Shown one piece after another: positions 37,664 through 51,480 of a stretch of 64,000 nt of DNA. A program made the translations under genes and the position numbers. How positions within the stretch are numbered: the first letter of the stretch is position 1; the number at the start of each line of letters is the position of its first letter. The notes beneath the pieces were generated by a model that worked only from the letters and a program-made list of their open reading frames with translations, ran no database searches and was not told the DNA's origin. The stretch comes from Camelus ferus. Lineage: Eukaryota. Location of the stretch: positions 30,008,001 to 30,072,000 of the forward strand of contig NC_045732.1 in assembly GCF_009834535.1 (NCBI RefSeq), written 5' to 3'.

Positions 37664-38329
37664 GTAAGTGTGCATGGTTGCATGAATAACTTGTGAAGGT
37701 TTGAATATACTTTCTGGCAACATGCAGTATGTTAGGAACCTAGAAATATGTCTGCCTGGTACTTTTAAGGGGAATATATGGAGACCCTCTTTTGAAACTT
37801 TGAAAAGATTTATTTTCTATTCTGGAGGTACTTTAGTACAAGGAATTGAAGGTTGCAAATATAAAAAATATAGCACCTGGCAGAGCTGGAGTGGTTATTC
37901 CCTAGGGAAACATTTGGCCCTAAGACAAGACATGTTGGAAACAAGTAAACAAGCAAATAAAATTGGCCAATATAAACTTAAACTTATACACACTCATGAA
38001 GATATATGCTTAAACCTATCACCTCAAGCAAATCTATCTTCATGCATTCTAGGCTATTTTCTCGCCTTTAAATCTCCCTTAAAGGTTATTCTCAGGTGCT
38101 TTTGAATTTGAAGTTGCTATGACCACTTGTACGACTCTTACTTTTCATAAACAAAATTCATTTCTTGATTCCCATCATATGTTTCCACAGGATGGCTATA
38201 TGAGGAGAGTAAATTTCTCCTTTAGATAAATCTTTGCAACACTTGGGCATTACTGTATAGATAGTCTCATGTTAATTAAGACATTTACTTCAAATATTGC
38301 ACCCAGGAGATGAGGCTAAGAATAAAGTC

Positions 38330-40480
38330 AATTGAAGTATGAGATATGCTTCAAAAACAAGGGGAATACATAACTCATCATCTTCCCCTAACAACCCTCT
38401 AGGCATCCTGGTTCTCTCAATCCTCCAACATACAAAGCTAGTTCATTGCTATGACTTCTGCACCAGCTATCTCCTGTGCCTGGAATGCTTTGCCCCCAGA
38501 TCGTTACCTGAATGGCTCCTTTTTGGCCAATCTTACCTTCTTAAAAATCAACACCTCACAGAGGTCTTAAAACAATTTTCAAGCCTTCATATCTCTCTTT
38601 TAATTCTCTGTACAATTCTCCTACTTTCTGTTATTTTTTTCCCAGTTTGTCTCCTAGCTCATCTTACTAGAATCTGGGATTATGAGAGCATAGACCTACT
38701 CTCTCGTATATAGTGTGCTGAACATTGGTTAGAATATAGTGGCCATTCAAAACATTAATGAATATATTTACCTTAGAAAGCTAGATCCACAGTGGTCCAG
38801 ATGTGGTGTAAGCATGGATGTAAAAGAGGAAAACACTTTTTCTGCCCTCAAGGTACTCCTAATCTGGTTGGAAAAATGATCACACACAAATCACAAACTG
38901 AATCACTTGAGGAACAATATTTTGGGAACAGAGGTAGACAGCAATTAATCATACCAGAAAATTAGAGGATGGGGGAGACAGGGAAGAATTATTGTAGGTG
39001 ATATTTTAGCTGAGTATAGAAAGAGAGGTGAGGGATGAATGCTCTAGGCAAATGCTTGTGACAAGTACATTGATATGAGGCAGTATGACATGCTTATGGG
39101 AAGACATCCAGGTCACAGTGTCCATCTCTCTTCCTGACATCCACATTCATTTCTCTAACAGCCTACTCAGCCTTTCATTTAAAATTTCACCAATATCTCA
39201 AAATTAACAAACTCAACCCCCCTTCTCTCCAAATCCTTTTCTTTCCCCTTGTTATGCACTTAGTCATTCATTATTTCATACTACAGCACAGCACTTACTA
39301 CTTTATCATTTCCATAAATGGTAGTCATCTCCCTAGAAAAATCAAGTCAGAAACTGAGAATCACACATGGTTATTCATTTAGACTCTACCTTATATTTAT
39401 TCAAACTAACACTAACTTCCATTAATTCTACCTCCTGCATTTTTCTCAGATTTGCCCACTTCCTTGCATCCTCACTAGCACCATCTTAGTTAAGATCACT
39501 GTCACTTTTTGCCAGAATTACAGTAATAGCCTCTTTTGTTTTTCCTTCAGACTTCTTTCTGAACCATTCTTAACTCTTCAGCAAAAGAGGTCTCTGAATC
39601 ACAACTCGCACCATGACTGTTTACTGCTGATCATCCCTCAACCACTTGCCAAAGCCCAGAGGGCAATGAAAATCCTCTCAGACAGGATGCAAAGGCTCTC
39701 TAGGGGTCTGACTCCGCTTCCTTTTCAGCTTGGTCTCTCAGTCCTCTTTCTTCCAAATATGCCTTTAGTCCCTGTATTGTGTGACACTCTCCTAGATCTT
39801 TCCATGTGGTAGTCCTCTGTGTGGAAATTCCCCCCTACTCCCACTACATTTTTGTGTGGTCAATTCTTAACTATCCTTCAATTCCCTGTTCAAATATCAC
39901 TTCTTCAAAGAACTTTCCTCTGACCCAGAAACTAATTCGGATTTCTAACTCTCCCCCAAATGGCTCTCTCCTCTCTCTCCCTCTCATGGTTGCCTCACGA
40001 GACTCATCATAGTTCATTATTTGTGTACAGTCTGACATCCCTGCTGGGATCATGTCTGTCATATTCACTTTTATACCCTCAGCATCTAGTTATGATTAAT
40101 AATAATGGTAATTATTACTGAGGAAGCTAAATAAATATTTGTTGGATAATAGTGGTATGGATGAAAATTAAATGATGTAAAATAGTGAAATGAGAGAAGA
40201 CAGTAATGAAGATGTAGATGAGAACCAGATTATAAATGCCTTGAGAAACATTTCAGAGGTCAAACTGTCAGCACTTGGGTACCGATTTGAGTGAGAAAGA
40301 GGCAGAATGAACAGGAGTCTATAATGACTGCAGTTTCTTTTCAGCTTGAGTGACTGGGAAAATGATGAAATCATCAGCTAGCTAATACAAGGGGATGTTG
40401 GAAAGGACTGAGATATTTTTGCATCAGTGGGACATTCAGGACATACAGATCAAGATATGTAATAAGCATGTGGAAATCTG
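38330..40480. mobile_element. Cluster of L2 fragments in alternating orientation (+ about 38330-38770, - about 38780-39110, + about 39110-40150, - about 40150-40480)
   Basis: Typical L2 sense text (ctgtgcctggaatgctttgccccc; ccttcaattccctgttcaaatatcacttc) alternates with purine-rich antisense text. Confidence 0.7.
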
Positions 40481-43400
40481 TCTTATAGGCACAACACTCT
40501 CCAAGTCAACAGTCTCAAGACCATTTTTATAATTAATGTCAATAAATTATTTTCAATGTGCACTAGAAATAGTAGTGTGGAATATATTAATGTGATAACT
40601 ATTGTTAAAAATCAGAATAATATGTATTCCTCTATAATGTAATTACTGTATATCCCTTAGCCATTCCATGCCAATGAAAATCTAATGCAATGCAAATTCT
40701 CTGTCTCTACCTCTCTGTTTTAAAGTGACACTAAAATATAATTCTGAATAGCCTCATTTTGTCTGGTGCCAGGGTACGCTGGGCACCATCCATAAAATGG
40801 TTTTAATTACATTCATTGAATCTACCACAAAAGCCAGACACTAACAACTATAGAAGAGATTTTTATTTTTAAAGTTCTTTTATAATCTTGGAAGTGGTAG
40901 TATGAAAAAATAAGAAAGAAAGCAGAAGTGTTCTCCTAGGTATCAGACTCCTTCTGGAGAAATTGTTTTCATTCCTTTGTTTAGGCACAAAATGTCCCAT
41001 GAATCAATAGTAAGTTTAACATGTATTAAGTTAACATAACTCAGCCAGAAGAACATTCATATTTATTAAATCTGTTCCTCTAAGCAAAATTCAGTAGTTA
41101 AATTGACAATAGATGGCCACATCAGTGCCCGGGTCTAAGGAGAAAATACCCCTAAAAGAAATAATAAACCCCATCCTTCATACGACATAACTTTTTGTCT
41201 TGATGTTAAATCCTCACGGGAGCACCTACTAATAATCCTGATCATGTGAAGCGATAGGATTAGTGAGAAATATGTATCAAATATGAAAAATGATTGTAAA
41301 TGCTTTTCTTGATTGATCTCTGATGGAGTCTGGGCACTTAATATCAAAATAAAACTCTTATTATTCTATTCCGGGAAAGGCAAGGTAACGTGGCCCAGGT
41401 ATGCAGCTTTCTGGTACAAGGAAAGATCCTAAACTTTACTAAGGGAAAAATGGATAGCAAGTCCTTGGAATTACAGAATAACAAAGCTGTAGGGTCAGCA
41501 GCTTCTTAGAAGTGATCATTTAGTTGTAGTATCACCCTTAAAATCACCTCCAGCCAGGTTTTCAATAGAGGTAAGATAACAGACCACTTAAAACTCTATG
41601 ATAAAGTCATAGTGAGTTCTGAGAAAGACAGATATGCTTCAGATACTGAATGAGTGGGTGGTTATTAACATACTTTTAGGAAAATGAGACGCCTGACATG
41701 TATTAGTGCCCAGGTGAAGACCTTCCCATTCTCACAGAGAAGTGCACTGGGAGGCTACTTTCAAACTGAACTGGAATCTTCCTCATGAAGAAGCTCTGGA
41801 TCTGTTCAACCATCACTGAGACTTCTGAGGGACACATATCAGGATGATGGTTCTCCATTACCACAATGTGTACAATATGTCATGAGTCTTTGGTTATTTA
41901 TAATAGCTAAAATACAAATCATTGCAAATGGATTCATTTTCTATAAATGAGAACAGATTCAAACAATGACATCAATCTCATTTGTATTATGATTTTATAA
42001 AAGTGAGTGGTATGCTGGAAATTGCCCCTGGCTCATATCATTTCATATAAGCTATAGCCCATGATGGTTATATACACTGAGGGAAGTTTATCTGGCATGT
42101 GAAGAGAATACATTTTATGTGCTGGGAGTGAAACATGGCCAAGCAATGCTGCTATCTAATAAGAAAGAGTTCTTCCTTATCTGGACCATTTTCCTAGTAG
42201 CCATTAAGGATTACCCAATGAGACCACGAGAAAACTACAGCAGAGCTTCCTCGGACACTTTCATTAGATGTAATGTTGCCTCCTGTTCAGCCTGCTAAGA
42301 TAATTGACTTGAAAAAAGAAAATCCTACTGTCAGGAGTTGGCATTTTATAAACCTGATTTTAAATGTGTTTGTTGAGTTGCTTAAGTGGACAGATTCATT
42401 ATTAGTTGAGTACAGTTTTCTTTTTTAAAAGAACAACCTGGAATATTACTGACTTTAAAGGGTCAAGAGTTTAATATTCAAACCTTAAAATAATTGCTTT
42501 GATATATGTGGAATACTGTGTAGCCTATTATTTCTTGATCATTTTAGAAGAGCTAATATAATAGGAGGCAGCTCTCAAATGGAATAAGGAATTCATAATT
42601 TGTTATAACTGAAAAGGAGAGAATAAAATGACAAGGAAATTACTAAAATACAGTATATTTTCCATGTGAAAATAGATTTCCAGACCAATCTCAAAATAAT
42701 GATAGCTTGGGTTCTTCTCTCCAATAAGATAAATCACCCCCATTTGTCCATTTTTACCTTTCCCAGAATTACTTCTTCCACGAAAATTGCAACTATATAA
42801 TTCTTTTAATCTTTTACTTTTCAAAAACAATAGAAATTTAAATTGGGAATTAAGATGCATTTAATTTCCAATTTAGCATTTTAATCTTTGAAAATAACCC
42901 AGCCACGGGCAAGGTGCATCTAAAAGCATCAATGACAGCAAACCAAAAAGGGGAAATCTGTCAGCTTTGACATATAAACTTGTGGTTTGACTTCCAGTAA
43001 AGCGTTGTCCCTTATACTCTTTCTCTTGTTCTTCTTTCCCTCTAGCTCTTGCCTCCATCAAAGCCGAAAATGCCAATACTACTTCAGGAAAAAAATTTCA
43101 CATCATTTCCATAAAACCAAAGGAAAATCTTTAAGACTATATATTACCATAGAAGCTATGTTTTAATTTAACATTACATTTCATTTGATATATACTTTTA
43201 TATACATATTGTATCATATATGTATATAAAAGTATTGCTAGTTATATATATGTAACTGTAAATGATCTTTTGATATTTTCTGTATACCAAAATGTGTATA
43301 TATATATCTTGCAATACTTTACAGTCTCATTATGTGGAAGATAAATCTAGTATATTCTCAAGCCAAATTGTAGTTTGTAGTGTTATTCTGGATGATGCAC

Positions 43401-44054
43401 CATAAATGAACTCCAAAAGGAGAGGTGAACGTGAGCAGATTTCTCTGGCCTGGTGACACTCTACATCTCATACTAGGTCTTATGAGGAATGTATATACAT
43501 ACAAACTTATACATAAATACCACATATATATATACACAAATAGTCTCTAAACTTTCTTGCTTATGTAATCTCTGAAGAACAATTTTGAAAAACTTGTTAC
43601 CATTTGCAGATTTTAAAACCTGCATCTGGAATTTTTCATTCTTAGTTTAAATGATTGCAAAGGATATTATTTGAACCACACTGTAAATATAGATATTTTA
43701 AAATAAAAGATAAATATTTTATGCTTGAAAGATTTTACTGATCACCTGTCATAATTTTCTGAAATAACAATATGTATATACATTGAATATATATTTTCTG
43801 TCACCATAAGCTCTAGTGTAAAAAAATTTGGATTATCATTATAACTATTAATAGTACATAACTGATCAAAGTGATATAATACATTATAAAATTTGGTAAA
43901 CAGTAAACATAAAAATGAAGCTTTATTGAAAATGCTTCTCTTAATAAGACAAATGGGGATTTAACAACTAATTCATATACCTATAGAAGAATATACATTA
44001 TGTCTAGAATTGGGAAAGTTTCAGTATCAATTGTATTATTTTTCGTTCTTACAG

Positions 44055-44084
44055 ATGTAATACTGATAAATCTTACTCAGTTAA
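44055..44084 (+). other. Candidate 30-nt exon (unverified)
   Basis: Acceptor tatttttcgttcttacag and donor TAA/gtgagt. Confidence 0.18.
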
Positions 44085-44879
44085 GTGAGTAGAAGGGAAT
44101 GGAAGAAATTTTACTATAGTACTGCTGCCTAATTCTTTGAGCCCCTCTGTGTCAAATGGTAAAAATACATAGTGATCCATCATCAAACCTTATTTTTAAT
44201 GATCCATCAGTTGACAACACATTAGGTCTTCTCTTTGGGTTTAACTGAAAGCAAAGAGTTAGCAACCACCTTCATTGTAAGAAGTATTACCCACTCACTA
44301 CAGTCATTCCTGTTTTTGTTTTTTTGTGTGTTTTTTTTTTTGTTTGTTTGGTTTTTTTTTGAAGAAGGCCAGGTAAGATTCTAGATGAATGAGAGATAAG
44401 CTTTCTTTCTTAAAGTGGGAGAAGTGGTTTAGATAAAGGAGAAACAGCCTGATGTCTTGAATGCAGGCATCTTTTTTTCAGGAAATTCAGGTTCAGTGAA
44501 GAGTACAAAAGAAAGCTTAAGATCTTGAAATAAAGTCCTTTAAAAGTACCTGTGCCTACTCCTTGGAAGGCCTTCATGGACCCCTGGGTAACAGGTACAC
44601 CAGTGTGAGGACAACTATTTTAAGAAGTTCAGTCACTGACTTCGACAAAAAATATAAACTGGCATACCCAAATCACCTGATAACTTGTGCGTGCACTTCT
44701 TCAGTTGTATCTTACAGCTAAATAGTTATGTGTTGAAATAAGGAAAGTTGCAGTTATGAAGGAAATAGCCCTATTGAAATGTGTGCCTAAGTATAATTCC
44801 TAACTCCCTCTCTCCTATCCTCTAGCCTTTGAATTTGTTTCTTTCAGTAGAAAATAATGCAGTTATAAGAGGTAGTCCT

Positions 44880-45175
44880 ATAGAGTGGAATGTCCTAGAA
44901 CAGGGAAGCAGACTGTGATTTAAGGTCAGCATTACAATAACTGTGTAGGCAAGTTTCTCAACCTTTCCGAGCATCGGTTTCTTCTCAAGGGTTCTTAGCC
45001 AGGCTGCACTTTAGACCCAGCTTTAAAGAAATAATGATACCCTAGCCTCATTCCCCAGGAATTCTGATTTGACTACTCTGGGCTGGGGCCTGGACATGTA
45101 TTTATTTAGAGCTCTCTGGTTAAATCTAATGGGAAAGCAAAATTGACAAAAAGTCAAGGTTGGAACCACCATCCA
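44880..45175. mobile_element. MIR fragment followed by a MER5-type MITE
   Basis: tgtgtaggcaagtttctcaacctttccgagcatcggtttc (MIR); cctcattccccaggaattctgatttgactactctgggctggggcctggacatg...ttggaaccac (MER5). Confidence 0.55.
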
Positions 45176-45604
45176 TTATAGTCATTCTACAAAAATGTTA
45201 AGTGCTTACTGTAAGCAATGTTGCAAGTTTTCTGTTAAAAGAAAAAGTTGAATGCTACTTGAAGAAAATAAATGGTATACTTGGGCTTACCAGCCTTAAA
45301 AATCTTTTATACAAAAAATAATGCAAAGCAGAGGGGGCAATTGAATCCATAATGGCCTTTTTAAAAAAACTGAATAAATATATAGCACAGAGAGACCCAC
45401 AAATTTTGTTGTTAATAATGCTGCATCATGGTTTTAACTTAACATTGCATACAGTGGAATGTATCCCTTCATTTGGAGATTTATGAGTGCAGTAGGGTTT
45501 CATAGTTCCACTTTTTCTGGCTCTCAGAGATCTTAAAGTTAGTAATAAACAATTAGTTCCACTCAGGATACATATCAAAATCTATTTCTTTCTTCTTATC
45601 CAAG

Positions 45605-45693
45605 AAAAATCTCAGAAGGAAAGTAAATCAACCATTCAAATGAACAAGATCTGAAGTAACTGAGCTAACCGAAAAAAGAAAATTCCCTCTGAG
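45605..45693 (+). other. Candidate 89-nt exon, stops in all frames (non-coding or terminal if real)
   Basis: Acceptor atttctttcttcttatccaag and donor GAG/gtgagt. Confidence 0.22.
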
Positions 45694-47329
45694 GTGAGTA
45701 ATTTTTTAAATTAAAAGGTGAAATCTGACATACCACACTGCTTTTGTTACTGTTGTTATTTTTTTCCATTACCCTGGTGCTCACAGTGAAGAAATCTGAA
45801 TGTATTCTATATGACTGCATTTTATAAACATACACGTTCTACTCTATTTTTTTCAGTTCATCTTTCCTTAAAATATTTGAACTGGCACTTTAAATAAATT
45901 GAACTCAAATTTCTCAGGCAAAGTAACTCACTGTTACACTTTATATAGTTCACCTGATGCAATACAGACTACCTGATAGATTCTACATTTTTAATTCATC
46001 TTTTAATTTATAAGTAAAGATCAACAATTAACTTTAAACATTGACCTAAAAAATATCTTAGCCAGGGCTAAGGGCTGCTTCATGTAAACTATTTTTTAAA
46101 TTTTTCTTAAAGATAATAAAATACCCTGATGAGGACTGACCAACAATTTTTATTCTAGTTTTTCCACTTCATTTGATCGTTTTGTTGTGAATTCCTTGGG
46201 AGTGATGGATGATGAGTACATATGTATGGCTTGGCATATGTGCATTGGGAAGATTTTGTTGAATGCAAGACTGCTGTTTTGCTAAAGTTTGATTTATTTA
46301 TGTAAGTTATTAGCTTGATACTGAAAAATAACTCTAATTTGAACATCTAATATCTTTGCTCCTGAAATAAACACAGAGATTTAAAATGAATCTTTTATAA
46401 ATGTTGAGTTGGGACAATACCTGGGGGAGAGGGAGGTAGAGAAGATTCATTGCATAGAAACAAAGCAAACAAAGGCAAAACTTGTGACGTTACGGAAAAC
46501 ATCAGATTTTATTTTGCAGAATGATTCCTACTTTTTCAGCATTGACTATTTAAAGGGAGTTAGATACTACTATGAAATATCTTTTAAAAAAGTAAAATCA
46601 AAAATAAAGAGGTTCAAGTTTTAGCATCAAGTGACCAAAAGCATAAGAGACCATTCTGGAAAAAAAAAATCTGAAACATTTCTGTAAAAACTATGCCACA
46701 AATCAGTATTTTAGACACTTTAAAGATCATCCTCTTGCTTTTCAACCTTCACACTTCAGAGACAGGGGATACATATGTTTATACCCTCTCTGATTCTAAA
46801 ATAAATTGTTTCTGAGTTGGCACCTCTTTTACAGAAGGGCCCACTGCAAATGTCAATTTTCATAATTGACCAGAACCATACCTGTGGGAAATATGAGGAG
46901 ACAAGAGTAGAGATGTCATTCAGGGTCATTTCATATATTTGTATCACAGGAAAGCATTACATTTTTGCTCTTCATTTCTTAAAGCCGTTCCCCTCCACCC
47001 TCACACCTCTCCAGGAAGTATGAGTCAGAGGTGATCCAACTGGGAAAATTCTCTTTGTGAAGGGGTTTATACAAGTTTTAAAAAGAGATATATATTTGTA
47101 TGAAAAAATATATTGCAGAACACTGTTCTGTGAAGGGCAGTAAATGTATCCAAGTTGGTTTCTACTACGAAAACAGAAATAGAAAGACCATGGGGAAATT
47201 TAATCACAATATGCTATCAATGAATTAAAAACCAATTGAGAATAAAGCCTCTAAGGAAAAAAGGAAACTTGCTGTTTTTATAAGGCAATTTAAAAAAATT
47301 TACCCTTCTGAGTTGCGTTTCATTACATA

Positions 47330-47455
47330 TATGTATGCTGCATCTTCATTGTCTATTCAGCTGTTGATGTGCACTTGGGATGCTTCCATGTCTTGGCAAT
47401 TATAAATAATGTTTCTGTTAATAGCAGGGTGTATGTATCTCTTTGAATTAGTTTT
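47330..47455 (-). mobile_element. L1M fragment
   Basis: cagctgttgatgtgcacttgggatgcttccatgtcttggcaattataaataatg...gtatgtatctctttga is the reverse L1 ORF2/3'UTR junction. Confidence 0.75.
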
Positions 47456-47534
47456 TATTTTGTGGTTGGCTTTAGTCCTTTGATAACTGTGTAAGTATAA
47501 AAAGCTATTTATTAAATTTACATATATGTAAATT

Positions 47535-48075
47535 TAAAAGTATATGTGCAGTGAAAAAAAAAAAAAGAGCTATCAAGCCATGAAAGACATGGAAGAAACT
47601 TATAAGACACATTACTAAATGAAAAAAGCCAGTCAGAAAAGGCTGCAAACTATACAATTCCAACCAAATGACATTCTGGAAAAGGCACAGCTACAGAAAC
47701 AATAAAAAGATCGTAGTTTCCAGGGGTTTGGGGAGAGGGACGGAGGGAGGAATGAATAGATGGAGCTCAAGGGATTTTTAGGTCAATGAAATTATTCTGT
47801 ATGATATTATAGTGGTGGCTACATGTCATTATGCATTTGTCAAAACCCATAGAATGTACAACATCAAGAGTGAACCCTAATGTAAACTATGGACTTTGGT
47901 TGATAATAATGTGCCCATGTTGGTTCATCAATTGTACCAAATATGCCACACTGATGGGGGATGTTGAGGGGAGTATGTATGTGTGGGTGGGGAGGGCTAT
48001 GTGGGAACTCTATTTTCTGCTCAATTCTGCTGTAAACCTAAAACATAAAAAAATCTACCCTTCAAAATAAATGTT
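47535..48075 (+). mobile_element. L1MC1/L1MC2-like 3' end
   Basis: gtacaacatcaagagtgaaccctaatgtaaactatggactttggttgataat...ctcaattctgctgtaaacctaaaac. Confidence 0.88.
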
Positions 48076-48399
48076 TAAAAATTTCAGAACCAGATATTCT
48101 TTTTTTTTAAACCTTTAATTAAACATAATCAAATTACTGGGGGGAGAAATGGGATAAATGGCATAAACTGGATGCACAAGCACAGTATTTAAATCTAAAT
48201 TTGCCATCAAATGTAAACACTTTTCAGTAATGTTCTATTGGAATTGTAAAAAAAAATGAATAAAATGTTATTTATTTAACAATTGCAGCATAATGGTACT
48301 GACTGGATCATGTCTGTTTCTGGTAGTGCTAAATTATAATTTTTTAATTGGTTGTAAATGGTTTCATCAAAAAGATAGAAAAAAATAAACCAGAGACAT

Positions 48400-49620
48400 A
48401 ATATTTGTATTGCAAAATCTTGTGCTTAGTTTCTACTATTGGCAATTAATATTATTTCATATACTTATAGGCTATATATTTGACTTTTATAGTATCCTCT
48501 TTGCATATTAGTAATATTAACTCCTATTAGTCATAGATTTTGTAAATACTTTCTGTAAGAACACTATTGATTTATTTTTTACTTTATTTATTGTTTCTTT
48601 TGGTACATAGAAGCTTTAAACTTTCATTTAATTCAGTCTGCCAATCTTATGTTTTCCAGCTTCTTTCCTTGCTAAAACTCCCTCTTTCATCGTAAGCTTA
48701 CAGTGGCCTACATTTCCTTTTATCATTTTATGAGTTTATTTTTCTAGTTAGCTCCTTACACTACTTGAAATTTATTTTTATATACCATTAAGGATAGAGG
48801 GCTTTTTGTTTCCTCCATATATGAATAATCGGTTACACAATAGCAACAGCATTCATTAAATTAAACAGGCTATTCACACAGAACTGAAATATCTTCTCTA
48901 TCTTATTTGGATAGTTTTTTTGAATTCTCAGTTTTAGTTCACTGATCTATTTGTCTAGCTCTGTGCCAGTACAGTATGGTTTTCATTACAATTACCTTCA
49001 ATCAAAGTATAGTCAAAATCTGGAAAGGTAAATATTTCAGAAACATATTACTTATTCATAAAGTTCTTAGCAATTTACACACACACAGTATTCTCTGTAT
49101 AAACTTGCAACCATGCTTCCTATGAACTTTGGAGTATTTTATCCAGTTCCCAAAAACACACCAAAGGCATTCTGACTACAAGTGCCTTAAATCGAAATGT
49201 TAATTCCATAAGTATTACAACCTTATTGACAGTAAGCCTTGAATCCTAGAACAAAATATTTCTTTGCTTTTACTTTTTGTGTGTGTGTCCTTATGTATAT
49301 TTTTATAGATTACTTTCCCTATAGGACCTATAACCTTGTTAACTTTACTAATTTATACTTTGTCATTATTATATATGGGATTTTTTTTATTTACAGTTGT
49401 AGTTGATAGTATAAAGAAAATCTATTGACTTGATGTATTTGTATTGTATCCATTCATTTTAACATATTTTTAGAATTATTTCTCACATTAAATAATTAGA
49501 TCTCCTGGGTTTTCTTAGTATATACATAAACATTCTATTTAACAATATTTTTTATTCTTAAAAAGTATGTATAATACTTGTTTCTTTTATTCCTTTTAAC
49601 TTATTCCATGAGCTAGAACC
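48400..49620 (-). mobile_element. Degraded L1ME-type fragments
   Basis: T-rich antisense L1 text (gatctatttgtctagctctgtgccagtacagtatgg; ttgacttgatgtatttgtattgtatcc). Confidence 0.6.
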
Positions 49621-50084
49621 ACCAAAGCAAATTTGAAAACTTTGAAAAGTGAAGAAACAGTTTCATAATTTTCAATGTTGAGAATGGTGTGTGTTCATCA
49701 GGTATAGTTCTGAAGGTCTTTTTCCTACCTGAATTCTTGTTATCCTCAAAAAATGATTAGGAAATGGGTTGCCTTCCTAACCCCCTTTTACACAAGATAA
49801 AACTGGGGCTGAAGATACTAAGTTGGTTGGTAAGTATCTGACCAAGATTTCAACCCCAAAAAGCCTAAATATAAATTCACACTTGTGGGCTAGGAGCCTT
49901 TCATCAATATTCCCATAGCACTTACCACACTGTATTAATTTTTTGGTTACCTGTTTTTTTTTATTAGATTGCAGTCATTTGAGCGCAGGGGCCATATTCC
50001 ACTGTTTTACTAAGACTAAGACTAACATCTAGCACATACCAGCTTTCTCAGCTGTCTCCTCCTCAGAAAGATTTCCCTCTAGAC

Positions 50085-50289
50085 CAGTGGTTCTCAGTCA
50101 GGGATGATTTTGATCTCTTAGGCAATGTCTGGGACATTCCCTTGTCACAACAAGAATGGGGGAGCTATTTGTCTTCTAGTGGGTAGAGATCAGGGATATT
50201 GCTAAATACCCTATAATGCACAGGATAGAACACTGCAAGAAAGAATTATGTGGTTTAAATGTCAATAGTACAGAAGTTGAGAAACATAG
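50085..50289 (-). mobile_element. MER20 hAT MITE nested in an L2 remnant (about 49900-50525)
   Basis: cagtggttctca...gttgagaaacatag; TSD ctctagac / ccctggac (6/8); L2 terminus follows (gacacatagtaggtactcattaacc...gttgaatgagtgaat). Confidence 0.85.
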
Positions 50290-51034
50290 CCCTGGACAAA
50301 TTGGCTTCTTTCAAATTTCAGAGCTGCTTCTGTGGTTAATTGCACAGTTATTTTATGTCTCTACTTCTCATTCACTGCATTCTTAATTTCATTGTTAATT
50401 TCACTTCGGATTGAAAACTCCATCAGGGACCACATCTGTTTTGTTCAATGCTATATCCCCTGTGCTTTACACAATAAGTGACACATAGTAGGTACTCATT
50501 AACCATGAGTTGAATGAGTGAATAGTAGACACTTTAATTGAGGTTTCACAGTGATATTGTCAGAGTATCTAAGCACTTAATTAAGATTATTGTTGTCTTC
50601 TCACCAGACATATTTAAAATATTTGATATATACTTCACCTCAGGATTTTTACAATTGTGCTTTTATTTACAGAGTCACAGACTCTCTTAAGAGGCATGCA
50701 TGCATTTCTACCACTGACAAAAGTAAATTTATGCCTTTTATGTAGATACGCCCTAAGGTATTTGTGGCAAAAAATCAACTGAGAAGTATGTTAGAATACT
50801 TTGAAACTTTAATTTTTGTTAGTTATTTCTGTGCTGGTGTTGTTAAAGATTTTCAACTAGCTCACCAAGGCTCTCTAACTATAGAGGGCTGGCTCCAGGC
50901 AAATGTCTGAAATAGACAGAATCATCCTCTGATCTGCCTTACATTTTCCTCTTACTTTTTGCAGCTTCCCAATATCTTCATCCTGTTTCTCTCAGTCCCA
51001 CCTTCTGCCCTTCCTTTCTTTTGTTGGGAGAATA

Positions 51035-51480
51035 AGACTCACAGAATCACAGACTCCTAGAATTCCACAGAACTTAAAGGTCACCTCTCCTAATCACTCA
51101 ACTGACTCATAAATTCTTTTTTTTTTTTTATTACTCCCAGGTTCCAACTTCCCATCATCTTGCCTATGTTCAGATATCTTATGTGCTAGAAAATACACTA
51201 TTTCTTGAAGCACCCAATTTCTTCTTTTGCAAGTTCTACTATTAGAGGACTTTGTCAAGTCAAAAGTCTGCTTCCCTGAAGCTGAAATAGAGGCTTTGGA
51301 TCTTTGTACCTCTTGGAGCTATTCAGAACAAGATTAAATTCTTATCTATGTAATAACCCTTGAAATGGTTGAAAACAGCTATCTCATCTCCTCTCCTTTA
51401 TGCTAAACTTCCCTGATCCTCCATTTGCTTAATGACACAACTACAAGGCCTCTCACTCTATGAACAACTTCCATCTTTTC
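51035..51480 (-). mobile_element. L3/CR1 LINE 3' remnant
   Basis: Begins agaatcacagactcctagaatt (reverse CR1 tail); internal caagttctactattagagg...ctgcttccctg...cagaacaag...gaaaacagctatc. Confidence 0.6.

Noticed and set aside
37701-38105. 134-aa ORF, the longest gap-free ORF
   Set aside because: Non-ATG start, no recognisable domain, no convincing flanking splice sites; within chance for six frames of 64 kb.
38339-38713. 124-aa hydrophobic ORF
   Set aside because: Lies in the pyrimidine-rich 3' end of an L2; the apparent hydrophobicity reflects T/C richness.
38660-38880. Tail-to-tail L2 pair resembling the source of miR-28/151/708 (aaggtactcctaatctggttgg)
   Set aside because: Arms are far apart, in the wrong order for the miR-28-type hairpin, and poorly complementary; the seed differs from those miRNAs.
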